The notes below the pieces were generated by a model, which saw nothing but the letters and a program-made list of their open reading frames with translations, had not been told where the DNA came from and searched no databases. A stretch of DNA of 64,000 nt, from positions 1,184,001 to 1,248,000 of the forward strand of contig CBDHDG010000007.1 of NCBI GenBank assembly GCA_965261595.1. The letters run 5' to 3'. Positions within the stretch are counted from its first letter, which is position 1, and every line of letters starts with the position of its first letter. The DNA comes from a bacterium. GTDB taxonomy: Bacteria; UBA8248; JACPRG01; G963555815. Of the stretch, positions 9,271 through 21,262 are shown piece after piece. Position numbers and translations under genes: made by a program.

Positions 9271-10065
9271 TCATCCGACCTGCACCCTTTGAATCTCGTC
9301 CCGCTCCAGACTCCCGGAAAAAACCGACTCCAGTTGAACGAGATTACAGCCTCTTAGTATATAACGAATCTCCCCGGCGGGGACAACCCGGCCGCATTCA
9401 TCCGACTGATTGAGAAACCCAATCAGCCGGGCCCCTTCCGGACATCCCCGGAAGATGCCGTCCGGCCGGGCCAGGAGCGCGCCATAGGCGTCCAGCCCGA
9501 TGGCCTCCCCTTCGGCGAGCCCCGTCACGGAAGCCGCCCGTTCGGGCCGGAAGACCGACTCCCGGTCCAGGGGCCGGCCGAGGGCCGAGAGGCCGAGAAG
9601 ACCGATCGCCAAATGGACGGGACGGGGCCACACGGGCTCCCCCTCCCCCGGGGCCTTGAGGGGCCTCCTCTGGGCGCCGTCCGCCTCGGCCAGCAGCCAC
9701 GCCACCTCGTCCATTTCAATGAGGGGACCCGCCCAGTCCGGCGGGATTCCGTCCAGCTTGTCCCGGCCGTAACGGGGATCGGCATGCGACCCCGCGGCCA
9801 GGACGACGCGAACGTCTTTGCGGGCGGCCTTCCGGATTTGCTTCCGGGCTTCCTCCAGGCCGGCGGACACAATGACGGCTTCGGCCTCTTCCTCTGTGGT
9901 CCGGAAGATCTTCGTGGTCGTTGTGATGAGAACGATTCCGCCCGCTTTCGCCGCCTCGGGGGCCATTTCCCGCGCCAGACGGTAAAGGAGGGTCGTTTTC
10001 CCCCCCGCGCCCACGATGGCGACAGAGGACTTTGGAGGAATGTCAAAGGCTTTGAAAAGATTCAT
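9271..10065 (-). CDS. yqeC: Selenium cofactor biosynthesis protein YqeC
   Basis: VGAGGKTT, TTTTKI and EADGA..RPLKAP...EP motifs; adjacent to the xdhC-like gene. Confidence 0.85.
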   Translation of the reverse strand: MNLFKAFDIPPKSSVAIVGAGGKTTLLYRLAREMAPEAAKAGGIVLITTTTKIFRTTEEEAEAVIVSAGLEEARKQIRKAARKDVRVVLAAGSHADPRYGRDKLDGIPPDWAGPLIEMDEVAWLLAEADGAQRRPLKAPGEGEPVWPRPVHLAIGLLGLSALGRPLDRESVFRPERAASVTGLAEGEAIGLDAYGALLARPDGIFRGCPEGARLIGFLNQSDECGRVVPAGEIRYILRGCNLVQLESVFSGSLERDEIQRVQVG

Positions 10066-10069
10066 GATG

Positions 10070-10420
10070 TGAAAACCCTGGGGGACATTTTGAAAACTGT
10101 CCCCCAGACCCCCTCGAAAACTTTCGTTTCGCGATAGCGGGCGGCCCTGAAGGGCCGTCCGCTATCGCAAGAGGCAAATTTCACCGAGGGATGGAGGCAT
10201 GGCCGCGCCAAACAGACGATTTCAATTCACCTAACCTCCAAGCGCGGGTAAGGCCAAGCCAAAGGTTTGACCGGGTAGGCCGGCCATCTTGGCCACCATC
10301 GGATGGCGGGCTGGAAGCCCGCCCTACCAGGGGGTTCCCAACCCCCGGGAGGGGGTCTGGGGGACAGATTTCAAAGCTTGTCCCGCGCGAAGGCGGGGAT
10401 GTCCCCCAGGAATTTTCCCT
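10070..10420. repeat. Structured intergenic repeat (MITE- or ncRNA-like), copy 1, with a REP doublet inserted at ~10273-10328
   Basis: Homologous to 38975-39253; terminal inverted GGGGGACA...TGTCCCCC motifs; long TGAA-loop hairpin; shared core CCTCCAAGCGCGGGTAAGGCCAAGCC. Confidence 0.75.
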
Positions 10421-10438
10421 TATTCCCCCCCCGGCTTC

Positions 10439-12867
<2,429 letters not shown>

Positions 12868-12913
12868 GGGGTTTTGGATGTTCTCCCGGCGCTTAAAGCC
12901 GAACCGCAAGACC

Positions 12914-13074
12914 GGGCGGGCAGGATGCCCGCCCTACCGAGCTGTGGGGCGACTCCCTCCGGTCCAACCGATATCCCCACGGTGGCCAGCGCCCCCCGGG
13001 GCGGGCAAGATGCCCGCCCTACCAAGTCGGAGTGATCACACGTCGCAACGGTAGGCCGGGCATCCTGCCCGGCA
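12914..13074. repeat. Three GTAG-type REP palindromes downstream of the RAYT
   Basis: GGGCGGGCA(G/A)GATGCCCGCCCTACC at 12914 and 12999; inverted copy GGTAGGCCGGGCATCCTGCCCGGC at 13050. Confidence 0.88.
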
Positions 13075-13085
13075 ACCCGAATCTT

Positions 13086-13541
13086 CTACCAAGGGTCAAA
13101 TTCATACTGATCGTTAGCCGATGAGAATTGCCAATCCTCCGGCTTTTCAACCCATCCCTTCCTCAAGGGGTTTTCCCACAGGTAACGAACTTTCCCCTCC
13201 ATGTCCTTCAAACCGCGAATTGCGTAACTGTAATATCCGTCCTGCCAAACTTTACCCGATTTTCCCCTCTCCCGATTCAAGCGAATCGCGCTGTAGCTCT
13301 TCAGGCTGTGCATAATCGAAGGCAACTCAAAGTTTGCCTGGGGAGACAGAATGAGGTGCAAATGATCGGGTATTGCGACAAAAGCATGAAGTTTGAATCG
13401 ACCTTTCTCCCTCAAAAAGTAGATGGCGTCGACAACTCCGGACGCGTGCTGAGGATGCCGAAGAAGAGGCTTCCTTCCTTGGATGATCGTCGTAATAAAG
13501 TAACAGTTCGTCGAGCCTTCTCGATATACGGGCTTGGTCAT
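13086..13541 (-). CDS. REP-associated tyrosine transposase (RAYT, Y1 HUH)
   Basis: YFITT, FVAIPDHLHL (HUH), LKSYSA, VWQDGYY, YLWENP, WQFSS; lower GC than neighbours; flanked by REPs. Confidence 0.92.
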   Translation of the reverse strand: MTKPVYREGSTNCYFITTIIQGRKPLLRHPQHASGVVDAIYFLREKGRFKLHAFVAIPDHLHLILSPQANFELPSIMHSLKSYSAIRLNRERGKSGKVWQDGYYSYAIRGLKDMEGKVRYLWENPLRKGWVEKPEDWQFSSANDQYEFDPW

Positions 13542-13552
13542 TGGCAGCCTGT

Positions 13553-13608
13553 GGCGGGCAGGATGCCCGCCCTACCTCACACGGGCAGGCCGGGCATCTT
13601 GCCCGGCA
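13553..13608. repeat. Inverted REP doublet upstream of the RAYT
   Basis: GGCGGGCAGGATGCCCGCCCTACC followed by GGCAGGCCGGGCATCTTGCCCGGC. Confidence 0.88.
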
Positions 13609-13619
13609 CGAAACGCGAT

Positions 13620-15029
13620 TCAATACGCGTGCTTGTGGATGATCCCCTTCCAGAGCGTCAGCCACAGGATCTTCAAATCGAACCCCAGCGACCAATTCTC
13701 GATGTAGTACAAATCGCACTCGATCCGGTTCTCGATGGGGGTGTTGCCGCGCCATCCGTTGACCTGGGCCCAGCCGGTGATGCCCGCCTTGACTTTATGG
13801 CGCAGCATGTAGCCCGGGATGTTCTTTCGAAAATCCTCGACGAACACCGGGCGCTCCGGACGCGGGCCGACGACGCTCATGTCCCCCCTGAGGACGTTGA
13901 ACAACTGGGGGAGCTCGTCCAGGCTGGCCTTGCGGATGATCCGGCCGACCGATGTGCGGCGCGGGTCCTTCGGGCTCGCCCACACCGCCCCGAATTCCGC
14001 CTCCGCACCTTCCCGCATCGACCGGAACTTGAACATTTGAAACGAAATCCCGTCGAGGCCCATCCGCTCCTGGCGGTACAAAACCGGACCCGCCGACGTC
14101 AGCTTGATGGCCCCGGCGATGAGGACCATGAGCGGAGAGAGCACGAGGAGGGAGGCGAGCGAAAGCACGATGTCGGTGGTCCGCTTCGCCAGCCGGTTCA
14201 CGCCGAACAGCGGGCTCTCCCGGAGACTGATGACCGGAAGCCCGTCGAAATCCTCGATCCCGGCGTTGAGCTTCATGAACTTCAGGAAATCGGGGACCAC
14301 CTTGATGTCGATGAGCGCCTCGCCCAGTCCCTCCAGAACGCGCGGGAGGTGGTCCTGGCCGTCCATGGGCAGGGCGATAAACAATTGATCCGCCTGAAGG
14401 CGGAGGATGACTTCCCGGGCATCTTCCAGCATCCCCGCCACCGGGACGCCGCCGATCAGACTTCCGACCTCCTCCTCCCGATCGGTCACGTAGCCCACCA
14501 CCTCGATCCCCAGGACTTCGTTGGCCCGCATCCGACCGCCCAGATCGACGCCCAACTCCCCGGTCCCGGCGATCAGAATCCGGCGAACCTCATAGCCGCG
14601 TCTCCGTAAATTCTTCAGGACGGCCTGCGCCAGGGTTCGCGCGATCACCGCGTACACCGTAACGATGATCCAGTAATAGGCCATCACCACGCGCGAGAAT
14701 CGGGCGAATGGAAATTCACGATAGAAGAACGTCAACGCCGTCAACAAAACCAGGGAAAGCGTGGCCGCCTTCCAGGCGTTCCAGGCCCGGGCCCTCAGGG
14801 ACCGGCTCAGCTGGGGCCCATAGAGATCCAGCAGCCGGGCCGCCGCCAGCCAGAAAACCAGAACGATCGGAACGAACGACAGGTAGTGGGAAAAAGTCGG
14901 ATAGGTCTTGATCACCGGGATGATATCGACGTTGAACCGCAGAAAAAACGCCGTCGACCAAGCGGCGATCACTGCCAGCACGTCCGCAAGGACGAGGACG
15001 GAGACAGCCAGGTGAGCATACTTCTTCAC
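13620..15029 (-). CDS. Undecaprenyl-phosphate glucose phosphotransferase (WcaJ-type)
   Basis: N-terminal TM helices, CoA-binding-like domain, KFRSM, SLDELPQLFNVLRGDMSVVGPRPERP, GITGWAQVNG. Confidence 0.92.
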   Translation of the reverse strand: MKKYAHLAVSVLVLADVLAVIAAWSTAFFLRFNVDIIPVIKTYPTFSHYLSFVPIVLVFWLAAARLLDLYGPQLSRSLRARAWNAWKAATLSLVLLTALTFFYREFPFARFSRVVMAYYWIIVTVYAVIARTLAQAVLKNLRRRGYEVRRILIAGTGELGVDLGGRMRANEVLGIEVVGYVTDREEEVGSLIGGVPVAGMLEDAREVILRLQADQLFIALPMDGQDHLPRVLEGLGEALIDIKVVPDFLKFMKLNAGIEDFDGLPVISLRESPLFGVNRLAKRTTDIVLSLASLLVLSPLMVLIAGAIKLTSAGPVLYRQERMGLDGISFQMFKFRSMREGAEAEFGAVWASPKDPRRTSVGRIIRKASLDELPQLFNVLRGDMSVVGPRPERPVFVEDFRKNIPGYMLRHKVKAGITGWAQVNGWRGNTPIENRIECDLYYIENWSLGFDLKILWLTLWKGIIHKHAY

Positions 15030-16222
15030 GAGATGGGGACCTGTCCTCTAGCGATCACGCGCCCCGCCGCCTCGCCATGAAACGCGGCGTCGGCTTCCCG
15101 CAGGAATTCGGAGATCGCCGTTCGGAAGTTCTCGGTGTCGAACCGGAGGGCGTGCGCCCGGACGGCGTCCGGGTCGAAATCCCCTTCCCTTCCCTCGAAC
15201 GCCTCGATGGCGCCGGCCAATCCGGCCGCCGTCTCCTCCGGGAAGAATACACCCGTGGCGGGACGCCCTTCGGGATTGTCGGGGCCGACAACGGTTTCCA
15301 GCGCGCCCCCCTTCGCCAGCGCGATGACCGGCCGCCCGGCCGCCATGGCCTCGACGGGGGCGATGCCGAAGTCCTCCTCGCCGGGGAAAAGAAACCCCCG
15401 GCACCCTTCATACAGTTCGACGAGCTCCCGGCCCGTCTTCCAGCCGAGGAACTCGATCTTCGATCCGGGAAAGGAAGCGGCCAGCTTGCGCAGGCGCCCC
15501 TCGTCCTGTCCCGACCCGACCACCTTGAGGGGACGGCCCAGGCGGCCCGCCGCCTCGACGGCCAGGTCAATCCGCTTATAGGGCGCGAACGCCGAGACGA
15601 CGAGATAGTAGTCCCCGCCCTCCGAGGCCCGGAATCGCCCCGTATCCACCGGGCAATGGATCACCTCCGAATCGCGCCTGTAGTATTTCCGGATCCGTCC
15701 GCGGACAGCCTGCGAAATGGCGATGAACCGGTCCACCCGGTTTGCCGAGGCCACGTCCCACGTCCGCAAGTACGTGAAAATCGGGGGCAGGAGCCACCGC
15801 TCCAGGACGCCCAGCCGATCGTCGGGAAAATAGCGGTGATGGCTTTCCCACGCGTAGCGCATCGGGGTGTAGCAGTAACAGACGTGAAGCGTGTCCGGCC
15901 GTGTGACCACGCCCTTGGCGACGCAGTGGCTGGAGCTCAGGACCAGGTCATAGGGCGTGAGGTCCAGTCGCTCGATGGCCGCGGGCATCAACGGGAGCAA
16001 CCGGCGGTATCGCTTCTTCGCGCCGGGAATGCGCTGAAGAAGCGAGGTGTGGATCGGCCGGGCCTCGATACGCGCCGACACCGAGCCTTTCCGGTGAATC
16101 AACGTGAACAGGTCCGCCTGGGGAAACAGCTCGCAGAAGACCTCGAGGGTGTACTCGCCCCCGCGCATTCCCGTCAACCAGTCGTGAACGATGGCGACCT
16201 TCACCGGCTTACTCATCCCCAT
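15026..16222 (-). CDS. Glycosyltransferase family 4
   Basis: HDWLTGMRGGE, EDFGIAPVEAMAAG. Confidence 0.9.
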   Translation of the reverse strand: MGMSKPVKVAIVHDWLTGMRGGEYTLEVFCELFPQADLFTLIHRKGSVSARIEARPIHTSLLQRIPGAKKRYRRLLPLMPAAIERLDLTPYDLVLSSSHCVAKGVVTRPDTLHVCYCYTPMRYAWESHHRYFPDDRLGVLERWLLPPIFTYLRTWDVASANRVDRFIAISQAVRGRIRKYYRRDSEVIHCPVDTGRFRASEGGDYYLVVSAFAPYKRIDLAVEAAGRLGRPLKVVGSGQDEGRLRKLAASFPGSKIEFLGWKTGRELVELYEGCRGFLFPGEEDFGIAPVEAMAAGRPVIALAKGGALETVVGPDNPEGRPATGVFFPEETAAGLAGAIEAFEGREGDFDPDAVRAHALRFDTENFRTAISEFLREADAAFHGEAAGRVIARGQVPIS

Positions 16223-17357
16223 CGGCCGATTCGACTTCGACCGCCTCTTCGTACACCTTCCAGGCGGCCTGGGCCATCCCGCGGGCCGTGAAGAATTGCA
16301 CCCTTTTCAGCCCTTCGCTTCGAAGCCGAATCCTGAGATCCTCCCTCGTGAGCAAATCATAAAGAGCCGAACTGAGGCGGTCAAGGTTGTCGGGCGGGAC
16401 CTGAATCGCGGCGTCGCCCACCACCTCGGGGAGCGACGCGGCGTCCGAGCAGACCACAGGCGTCCCGCATGCCATGGCTTCGAGGGGCGGATAACCGAAT
16501 CCCTCGTATCGGGAGGGGAAGGCGAACACCGCCGCCGCCCGGTAAAGGTCGACCAACAGCCCGCCGTTCACCGGTCCCAGGAAATGGACGCCCTCGAGGC
16601 CGCCGTCCGCCGCGCCGGGGCGAAGCTCCTCCCGGCGAACGGTCGCCGCCAAGGCCGGTTTCTTTCTTCCAGGGTCCTCCCGCTCCATTCTCGCCCTCAA
16701 ATCCCGGTAGGCCCGGAGAAGGCCATCGAGATTCTTATGCGCCTTGGCGTTGCCGACATAGAGAACGTAAGGGCCGTCGAGGCCGACGGCCTCCCGGACC
16801 CGGAGGGCCGCATCTCCGTCCGGGTCGGGGGAAAAGCCCCGCGCGAGTCCGTTGTGGATGACCTTCACCTTTTCGGCCGGCGCCTTCAGGCGGGAAACGA
16901 TGTCGTCTTTGGAATGTTGCGACACGGTGATGATCCGCCTGGCGGCCCGGGCGCTCCGGGGAAGGACGTGACGCGCGTAGGCGTAATGAAGGGGGGTTTT
17001 GTGATCGGACGGAAAACGGAGGTGGATCAGGTCGTGAATCGTCACCACAGCCGGGAACCCTCCCCGGTAGGGGTAAATGTAATGAGGGAAGTGCGCCAAA
17101 TCGAAATCATGGGAACGGAGCGCCCTGCGCAGAGCGGGGATCTCCCAGGGAGAATACACCCGGACGTCGCAGGGAACGGCCCGAACGGCGCCGGGGCCGC
17201 CCGGGATGGGAAACACCGGAAGGTCGGCCGGAGGAACCAGGCAGGCGACCTCATGCCCGCCCCCGTGAAGGATCTCGCCGAACCCTTCCAGCAGGACCCG
17301 TACGTACGTCCCGATCCCCGTCCATCTCCACATCCGGGCGTCTAGGAGGATTCGCAC
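16209..17357 (-). CDS. Glycosyltransferase family 4 (mannosyltransferase-like)
   Basis: TGIGTY, VVTIHDL, EGFGYPPLEAMACG; GTG start inferred. Confidence 0.9.
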   Translation of the reverse strand: MRILLDARMWRWTGIGTYVRVLLEGFGEILHGGGHEVACLVPPADLPVFPIPGGPGAVRAVPCDVRVYSPWEIPALRRALRSHDFDLAHFPHYIYPYRGGFPAVVTIHDLIHLRFPSDHKTPLHYAYARHVLPRSARAARRIITVSQHSKDDIVSRLKAPAEKVKVIHNGLARGFSPDPDGDAALRVREAVGLDGPYVLYVGNAKAHKNLDGLLRAYRDLRARMEREDPGRKKPALAATVRREELRPGAADGGLEGVHFLGPVNGGLLVDLYRAAAVFAFPSRYEGFGYPPLEAMACGTPVVCSDAASLPEVVGDAAIQVPPDNLDRLSSALYDLLTREDLRIRLRSEGLKRVQFFTARGMAQAAWKVYEEAVEVESADGDE

Positions 17358-18556
17358 GCCAGGACCGCCTCTTGAGCCGCTTCCACCGTGAGGGTCTCCA
17401 TGCACTCGTTATCGTGTTCGGTGCAGACCTTGAGGGCGCACGGGCTGCACGCGACGGCTTTACGGATGACGCGGGTCCGCGTCCCCACCGGCGCCCACTC
17501 GGCGACGTCGTTCGTCCCGCTGAAAAGCGCCACGGTCCGCGTTCCCAGGGCCGCAGCGATATGGACCGGCCCGGAATCGTTTCCAACCATCAAATCGGCC
17601 CGGGCGAGGAGGGCCATCAGCTCGCGCAGGGAATTCTTTCCCGTCAGGTCGAGCGCCCCCACGGGCCCGGCTGTCCGAAGGACCTCGGAGACCAGGGCCG
17701 ACTCCTGCCCGGACCCGATCACGGCGATCCGATACCCGCGCGCTTCGGCCAGCCATTTCGCGAGGGCGCCGTACCGGGCCGGCCGCCACCGTTTCGTCGG
17801 ATACCCCGCCCCCGGATGAAGGACGGCAAGCCTTTCCTCCGCCCCGATTTCGGGAGGGTCCGCGCCGACGCCTTTGGGGCCGCCGTTCCAGCCGGCGGAG
17901 GCCAGCCTTCGATCCATCGCGCCGCGCTCGGCCTCCGAAACCCGAAGCCGGGGCGTCGGCCGGAAGCCGTCCGGGCGGCGCCACCCCAGGGCCTGGACCA
18001 CCGCTACGTTCCGCTCCGCCTGGTGGATCCCCGGAATGTGCTCGAGTTCCCGCGAAAGGAGGAAACCGGCCCCTCCCCACCCGTAACCGATCTTGTGCCG
18101 GACGCGGCCGGCGGCGAGCATGGCGATCACCCGGGGGTCGCCCCGCAGGTCCAGCCCGACATCGAACCGCCGGCGCCGCATCCACTGAAGAACGTCGAAA
18201 AGGTCCCGGGCGCCCGAGAGGTTTTCCCGGTCGAACCACGGGCTTCGAAACGAGACGACCTCATCCACGTGGGGGTGATGAATCAACAATGGCGCGGCCC
18301 AAGGGCCGACCAGGGCCGTGATCTCTGCGTCCGGATAGAGGGCGCGCAGGGGGGAGAACGCGGCGGTCGAGAACACCACGTCGCCCAGGTGGTCGGGCCG
18401 GACGACGAGCACCCTTCGGACGTCCCGGGGGCTCGGCGCCGGGGCCTTCGGAGGCCGGCCCCGCTTGTCTCCCAGCAGGCGGTCTCCCAAGGCGTCGACG
18501 ATCCGAGCCGCCGCGCGCCGCCGCGCGGAATGATACGGATAGGGACGGGCGGCCAA
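17342..18556 (-). CDS. Glycosyltransferase family 9 (heptosyltransferase-like)
   Basis: RPDHLGDV, HPGAG..TKRW, GNDSGPVHIAAA. Confidence 0.9.
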   Translation of the reverse strand: MAARPYPYHSARRRAAARIVDALGDRLLGDKRGRPPKAPAPSPRDVRRVLVVRPDHLGDVVFSTAAFSPLRALYPDAEITALVGPWAAPLLIHHPHVDEVVSFRSPWFDRENLSGARDLFDVLQWMRRRRFDVGLDLRGDPRVIAMLAAGRVRHKIGYGWGGAGFLLSRELEHIPGIHQAERNVAVVQALGWRRPDGFRPTPRLRVSEAERGAMDRRLASAGWNGGPKGVGADPPEIGAEERLAVLHPGAGYPTKRWRPARYGALAKWLAEARGYRIAVIGSGQESALVSEVLRTAGPVGALDLTGKNSLRELMALLARADLMVGNDSGPVHIAAALGTRTVALFSGTNDVAEWAPVGTRTRVIRKAVACSPCALKVCTEHDNECMETLTVEAAQEAVLACESS

Positions 18557-18557
18557 A

Positions 18558-20063
18558 TCAGCCTCCCGCGGGGTGGGCGGATTCGCGCCCTTTGACGGCC
18601 CCCCCCGCTTTCCCGGACCCGAGACCCATCGCCGCCAGATAGGCGCACCACTCCTCCCGGCTCACCGCGCGAAAGGCGGCCAGGCACCCGACGTAGACGA
18701 CGGCGGCAAGGGGGACTTTCCCGAGAACACCGATCGGGACGAACAGGACCACAACGCCCATCACCCCCGCGGAAAGCGCGTACTTCATGATCGGCGACAG
18801 CTCGATGTTCTTCAGGTGGCCGCCGAGGAGCCGCAGGCCGACGAGCATCAGCGTGCACTCCGTAATCAACGTAGCGACAGCGGCGCCCATGTACCCGTAC
18901 CGGGGAATCCACATCCAGTTCAGGCCCACGTTCAACACGGTCATGGCGGCCGTCAGGGCCAGGTAGATGCGCTGCCGGCCCATGGCGTTCAGCGCCGAAG
19001 TCAGCAGATAGCTGAGAAAACTGAACGCGACGGCCCAGCTCAGGATCCGAAAGACGCCCGCCGCATCCGCGAACCGCTCGCCATAGACGAGGGCGATGAT
19101 CTCCCGGGAGAGCAAGGTCCCCCCGACGGCCACCGGGAGGGCGAGCATCATGAGCACATACAGACTCTTCTGGAAGATCCGGGGCAGGGCCTCCGGCGCG
19201 GTCCGGGCGTACTGGGAGATCAACGGGAAGATCGAGCCCAGGATCGCCGTGGGCAGGATGGTCAACGATCCGATCAGTCTGTACGCCGCGGCGTAGATCC
19301 CAACCGCTTCATCGCCCCGCATGGCCGCGAGCATCAGGATATCCAGTTTCACATAGGCCAGCGTGAACAGGTTCGCAAGGCCCAGGGGATAAGATTCTTT
19401 GAGCAGCCCGATCAGGGTGGTCCACGACCACGCGGGTCTCAGGCGGATCCGCCCCCGCGTCAGCCGCACCAGACACCAGGCGCCGGGCAGGTAGGCCATG
19501 TTCTGGATGGCCAGGAGCCAAATCAAGCTCAGCCCCCACCAGGCCGCCGCCAAAAGACCCAGGGTGGAGAGAAGCTCGCTGGCCACGCCGAGGGCCACGG
19601 GCACGCGCATCTTCAACCGGACCTGAAAGATCGAATCGAGGATCTGGCGGACCGAGCTGAGCCGGAAGGAAAGGAAAAGCCCCAACGCCGCCCAAGCCAC
19701 GAGACCCGCGGCGGAGGCGTGGGCGCCGGAGAAGCCAATGAGGAAAACGGCCATGCCGGCCGAGACAAAAGCGGCGATCAGTTTGATGGTGAGCGCGGCG
19801 CCCAGCAGGGCATCCGTCTTCTCGGGGCCCCGGGCCATTTCGCGGACGAGAATGGTCTGGAGCCCCAGGTCGGTCAGGAGGTGGAAAAACTCCACGTAGG
19901 TGAGGACGAAAATGTAGAGACCAAAAGACGACTTTCCCAGGGTCCGGGCCAGAACGGCCATCACGACGAGCTTGAGGACGCGTTCCGCCAGCTGCCCGCC
20001 GAGCAGGACGGTGGAATTCCGGAACACCCGAGCCCCTACGTTCAACGCCGGCGCCCCTCTCAT
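18558..20063 (-). CDS. Oligosaccharide flippase (Wzx-like)
   Basis: Multi-TM protein with DLGLQTILVRE, LDILML, VGIYAAAYRL and GAAVAT motifs. Confidence 0.88.
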   Translation of the reverse strand: MRGAPALNVGARVFRNSTVLLGGQLAERVLKLVVMAVLARTLGKSSFGLYIFVLTYVEFFHLLTDLGLQTILVREMARGPEKTDALLGAALTIKLIAAFVSAGMAVFLIGFSGAHASAAGLVAWAALGLFLSFRLSSVRQILDSIFQVRLKMRVPVALGVASELLSTLGLLAAAWWGLSLIWLLAIQNMAYLPGAWCLVRLTRGRIRLRPAWSWTTLIGLLKESYPLGLANLFTLAYVKLDILMLAAMRGDEAVGIYAAAYRLIGSLTILPTAILGSIFPLISQYARTAPEALPRIFQKSLYVLMMLALPVAVGGTLLSREIIALVYGERFADAAGVFRILSWAVAFSFLSYLLTSALNAMGRQRIYLALTAAMTVLNVGLNWMWIPRYGYMGAAVATLITECTLMLVGLRLLGGHLKNIELSPIMKYALSAGVMGVVVLFVPIGVLGKVPLAAVVYVGCLAAFRAVSREEWCAYLAAMGLGSGKAGGAVKGRESAHPAGG

Positions 20064-21262
20064 GAAATCTCCCCCCCCCCGCTCCGTCCCGGCGCCGCCC
20101 GCGCGGACCCGCCGCCTTCCGCCAAGGGGGGAGGGGGGGGGAGGGGGGAGGGGGGGGAGGGATTCTCGTGGTTCAGCATGGAGCGATACAGCGCAAGGGT
20201 CTTTCCCGCGATCCGATCCCAGGTGAAACGTTCCAAGACCCGTTTCCGCCCTCTCGCGCCCAGCGCGCCGGAAAGATCGGGGTCGTCCCGAAGCCGCGCC
20301 AACGCCGCTTTCAGGGCGGAGACGTCCCCTTCCGGAAACAGGAGACCGGCCTCGCCGACCACTTCCGGGATGGCTCCGCTGTTCGACGCGACCACGGGCG
20401 TCTCCGCCGACATGGCCTCGATCAGCACATGGCCGAACTGCTCCGCCCAACTCCGGGTCGTCAAGGACGGCAGGACCAGGACGTCCAAGGTCCGGAGAAA
20501 GGCCGCGACCCCCTCGTGCGGAACCGCCGGCAGAAACTCCACCCGGTCCGAGACGGCCGACTCGCCGGCCAGCGCGCGCAGGCGACTTTGCTCAGGCCCG
20601 GACCCGAGGATTCGCAGCCGCCATTCGCCCCCAAGCCCCGCGGCCGCCCGCAACAGCAGGTGGACTCCCTTTTCCGGCGCCATCCGTCCCGCATAACCCA
20701 TCGTGAATACGTCCGATGGGGGCCGTTCCCCCGGCCGGAACCACTCCGGATCCACCCCTAGCTGGGGCAGGACGTGGACGGTTTCCACGCCCTTTCGCCG
20801 CAACTCGCGCGCCGCGGCCTCGTTGCCGCCGATTCCCAAATCGACCGACCGAAGCGTCTGCCGCTCCATCCAGCCCCGCACCCCGCGAAAGTCTTTACGC
20901 AGGTTTTCCCAGGAAAAAAGCGCATAGCGGAATTCGGCCTTGCGTTTCAACCGGGCGAACTGGAACGCCGACACCGACCACGGTTCTTCTTCAACGTGCA
21001 CGAGATCCGGCTGAAGCCCCATGACCAGGGACGACAAGCCGGCCCGGTAGAAGTATCCTCCGCCCCGGCCCGGAAAGACCGCCGGCAGGCGGACCAGCCG
21101 GTAAGCGGCCGTCTCCGCCGGCGGCGGAACGGGCGCTTCCCACCGGCCGGGAACCAGAAGCGTCACCTCGGCCTCCCCGGAGGCCGCGAGCGCCTCCGCC
21201 TTGATCCGGTTGAACGGCGTCACGTACGCGTGGGAGACCAGGAGAACCCGAAACCGGCTCAC
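20060..21262 (-). CDS. Glycosyltransferase family 4
   Basis: HVEEEP, EQFGHVLIEAM, SGAIPEVV. Confidence 0.88.
   Translation of the reverse strand: MSRFRVLLVSHAYVTPFNRIKAEALAASGEAEVTLLVPGRWEAPVPPPAETAAYRLVRLPAVFPGRGGGYFYRAGLSSLVMGLQPDLVHVEEEPWSVSAFQFARLKRKAEFRYALFSWENLRKDFRGVRGWMERQTLRSVDLGIGGNEAAARELRRKGVETVHVLPQLGVDPEWFRPGERPPSDVFTMGYAGRMAPEKGVHLLLRAAAGLGGEWRLRILGSGPEQSRLRALAGESAVSDRVEFLPAVPHEGVAAFLRTLDVLVLPSLTTRSWAEQFGHVLIEAMSAETPVVASNSGAIPEVVGEAGLLFPEGDVSALKAALARLRDDPDLSGALGARGRKRVLERFTWDRIAGKTLALYRSMLNHENPSPPSPLPPPPPLAEGGGSARAAPGRSGGGEIS

Noticed and set aside
7588..9357. Long plus-strand ORFs here and at 18573-20696, 24984-26447, 26858-28681, 35380-36870 and 54227-55615 (also minus-strand 48100-49635)
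   Set aside because: Antisense or alternative-frame shadows of recognisable genes, expected at high GC
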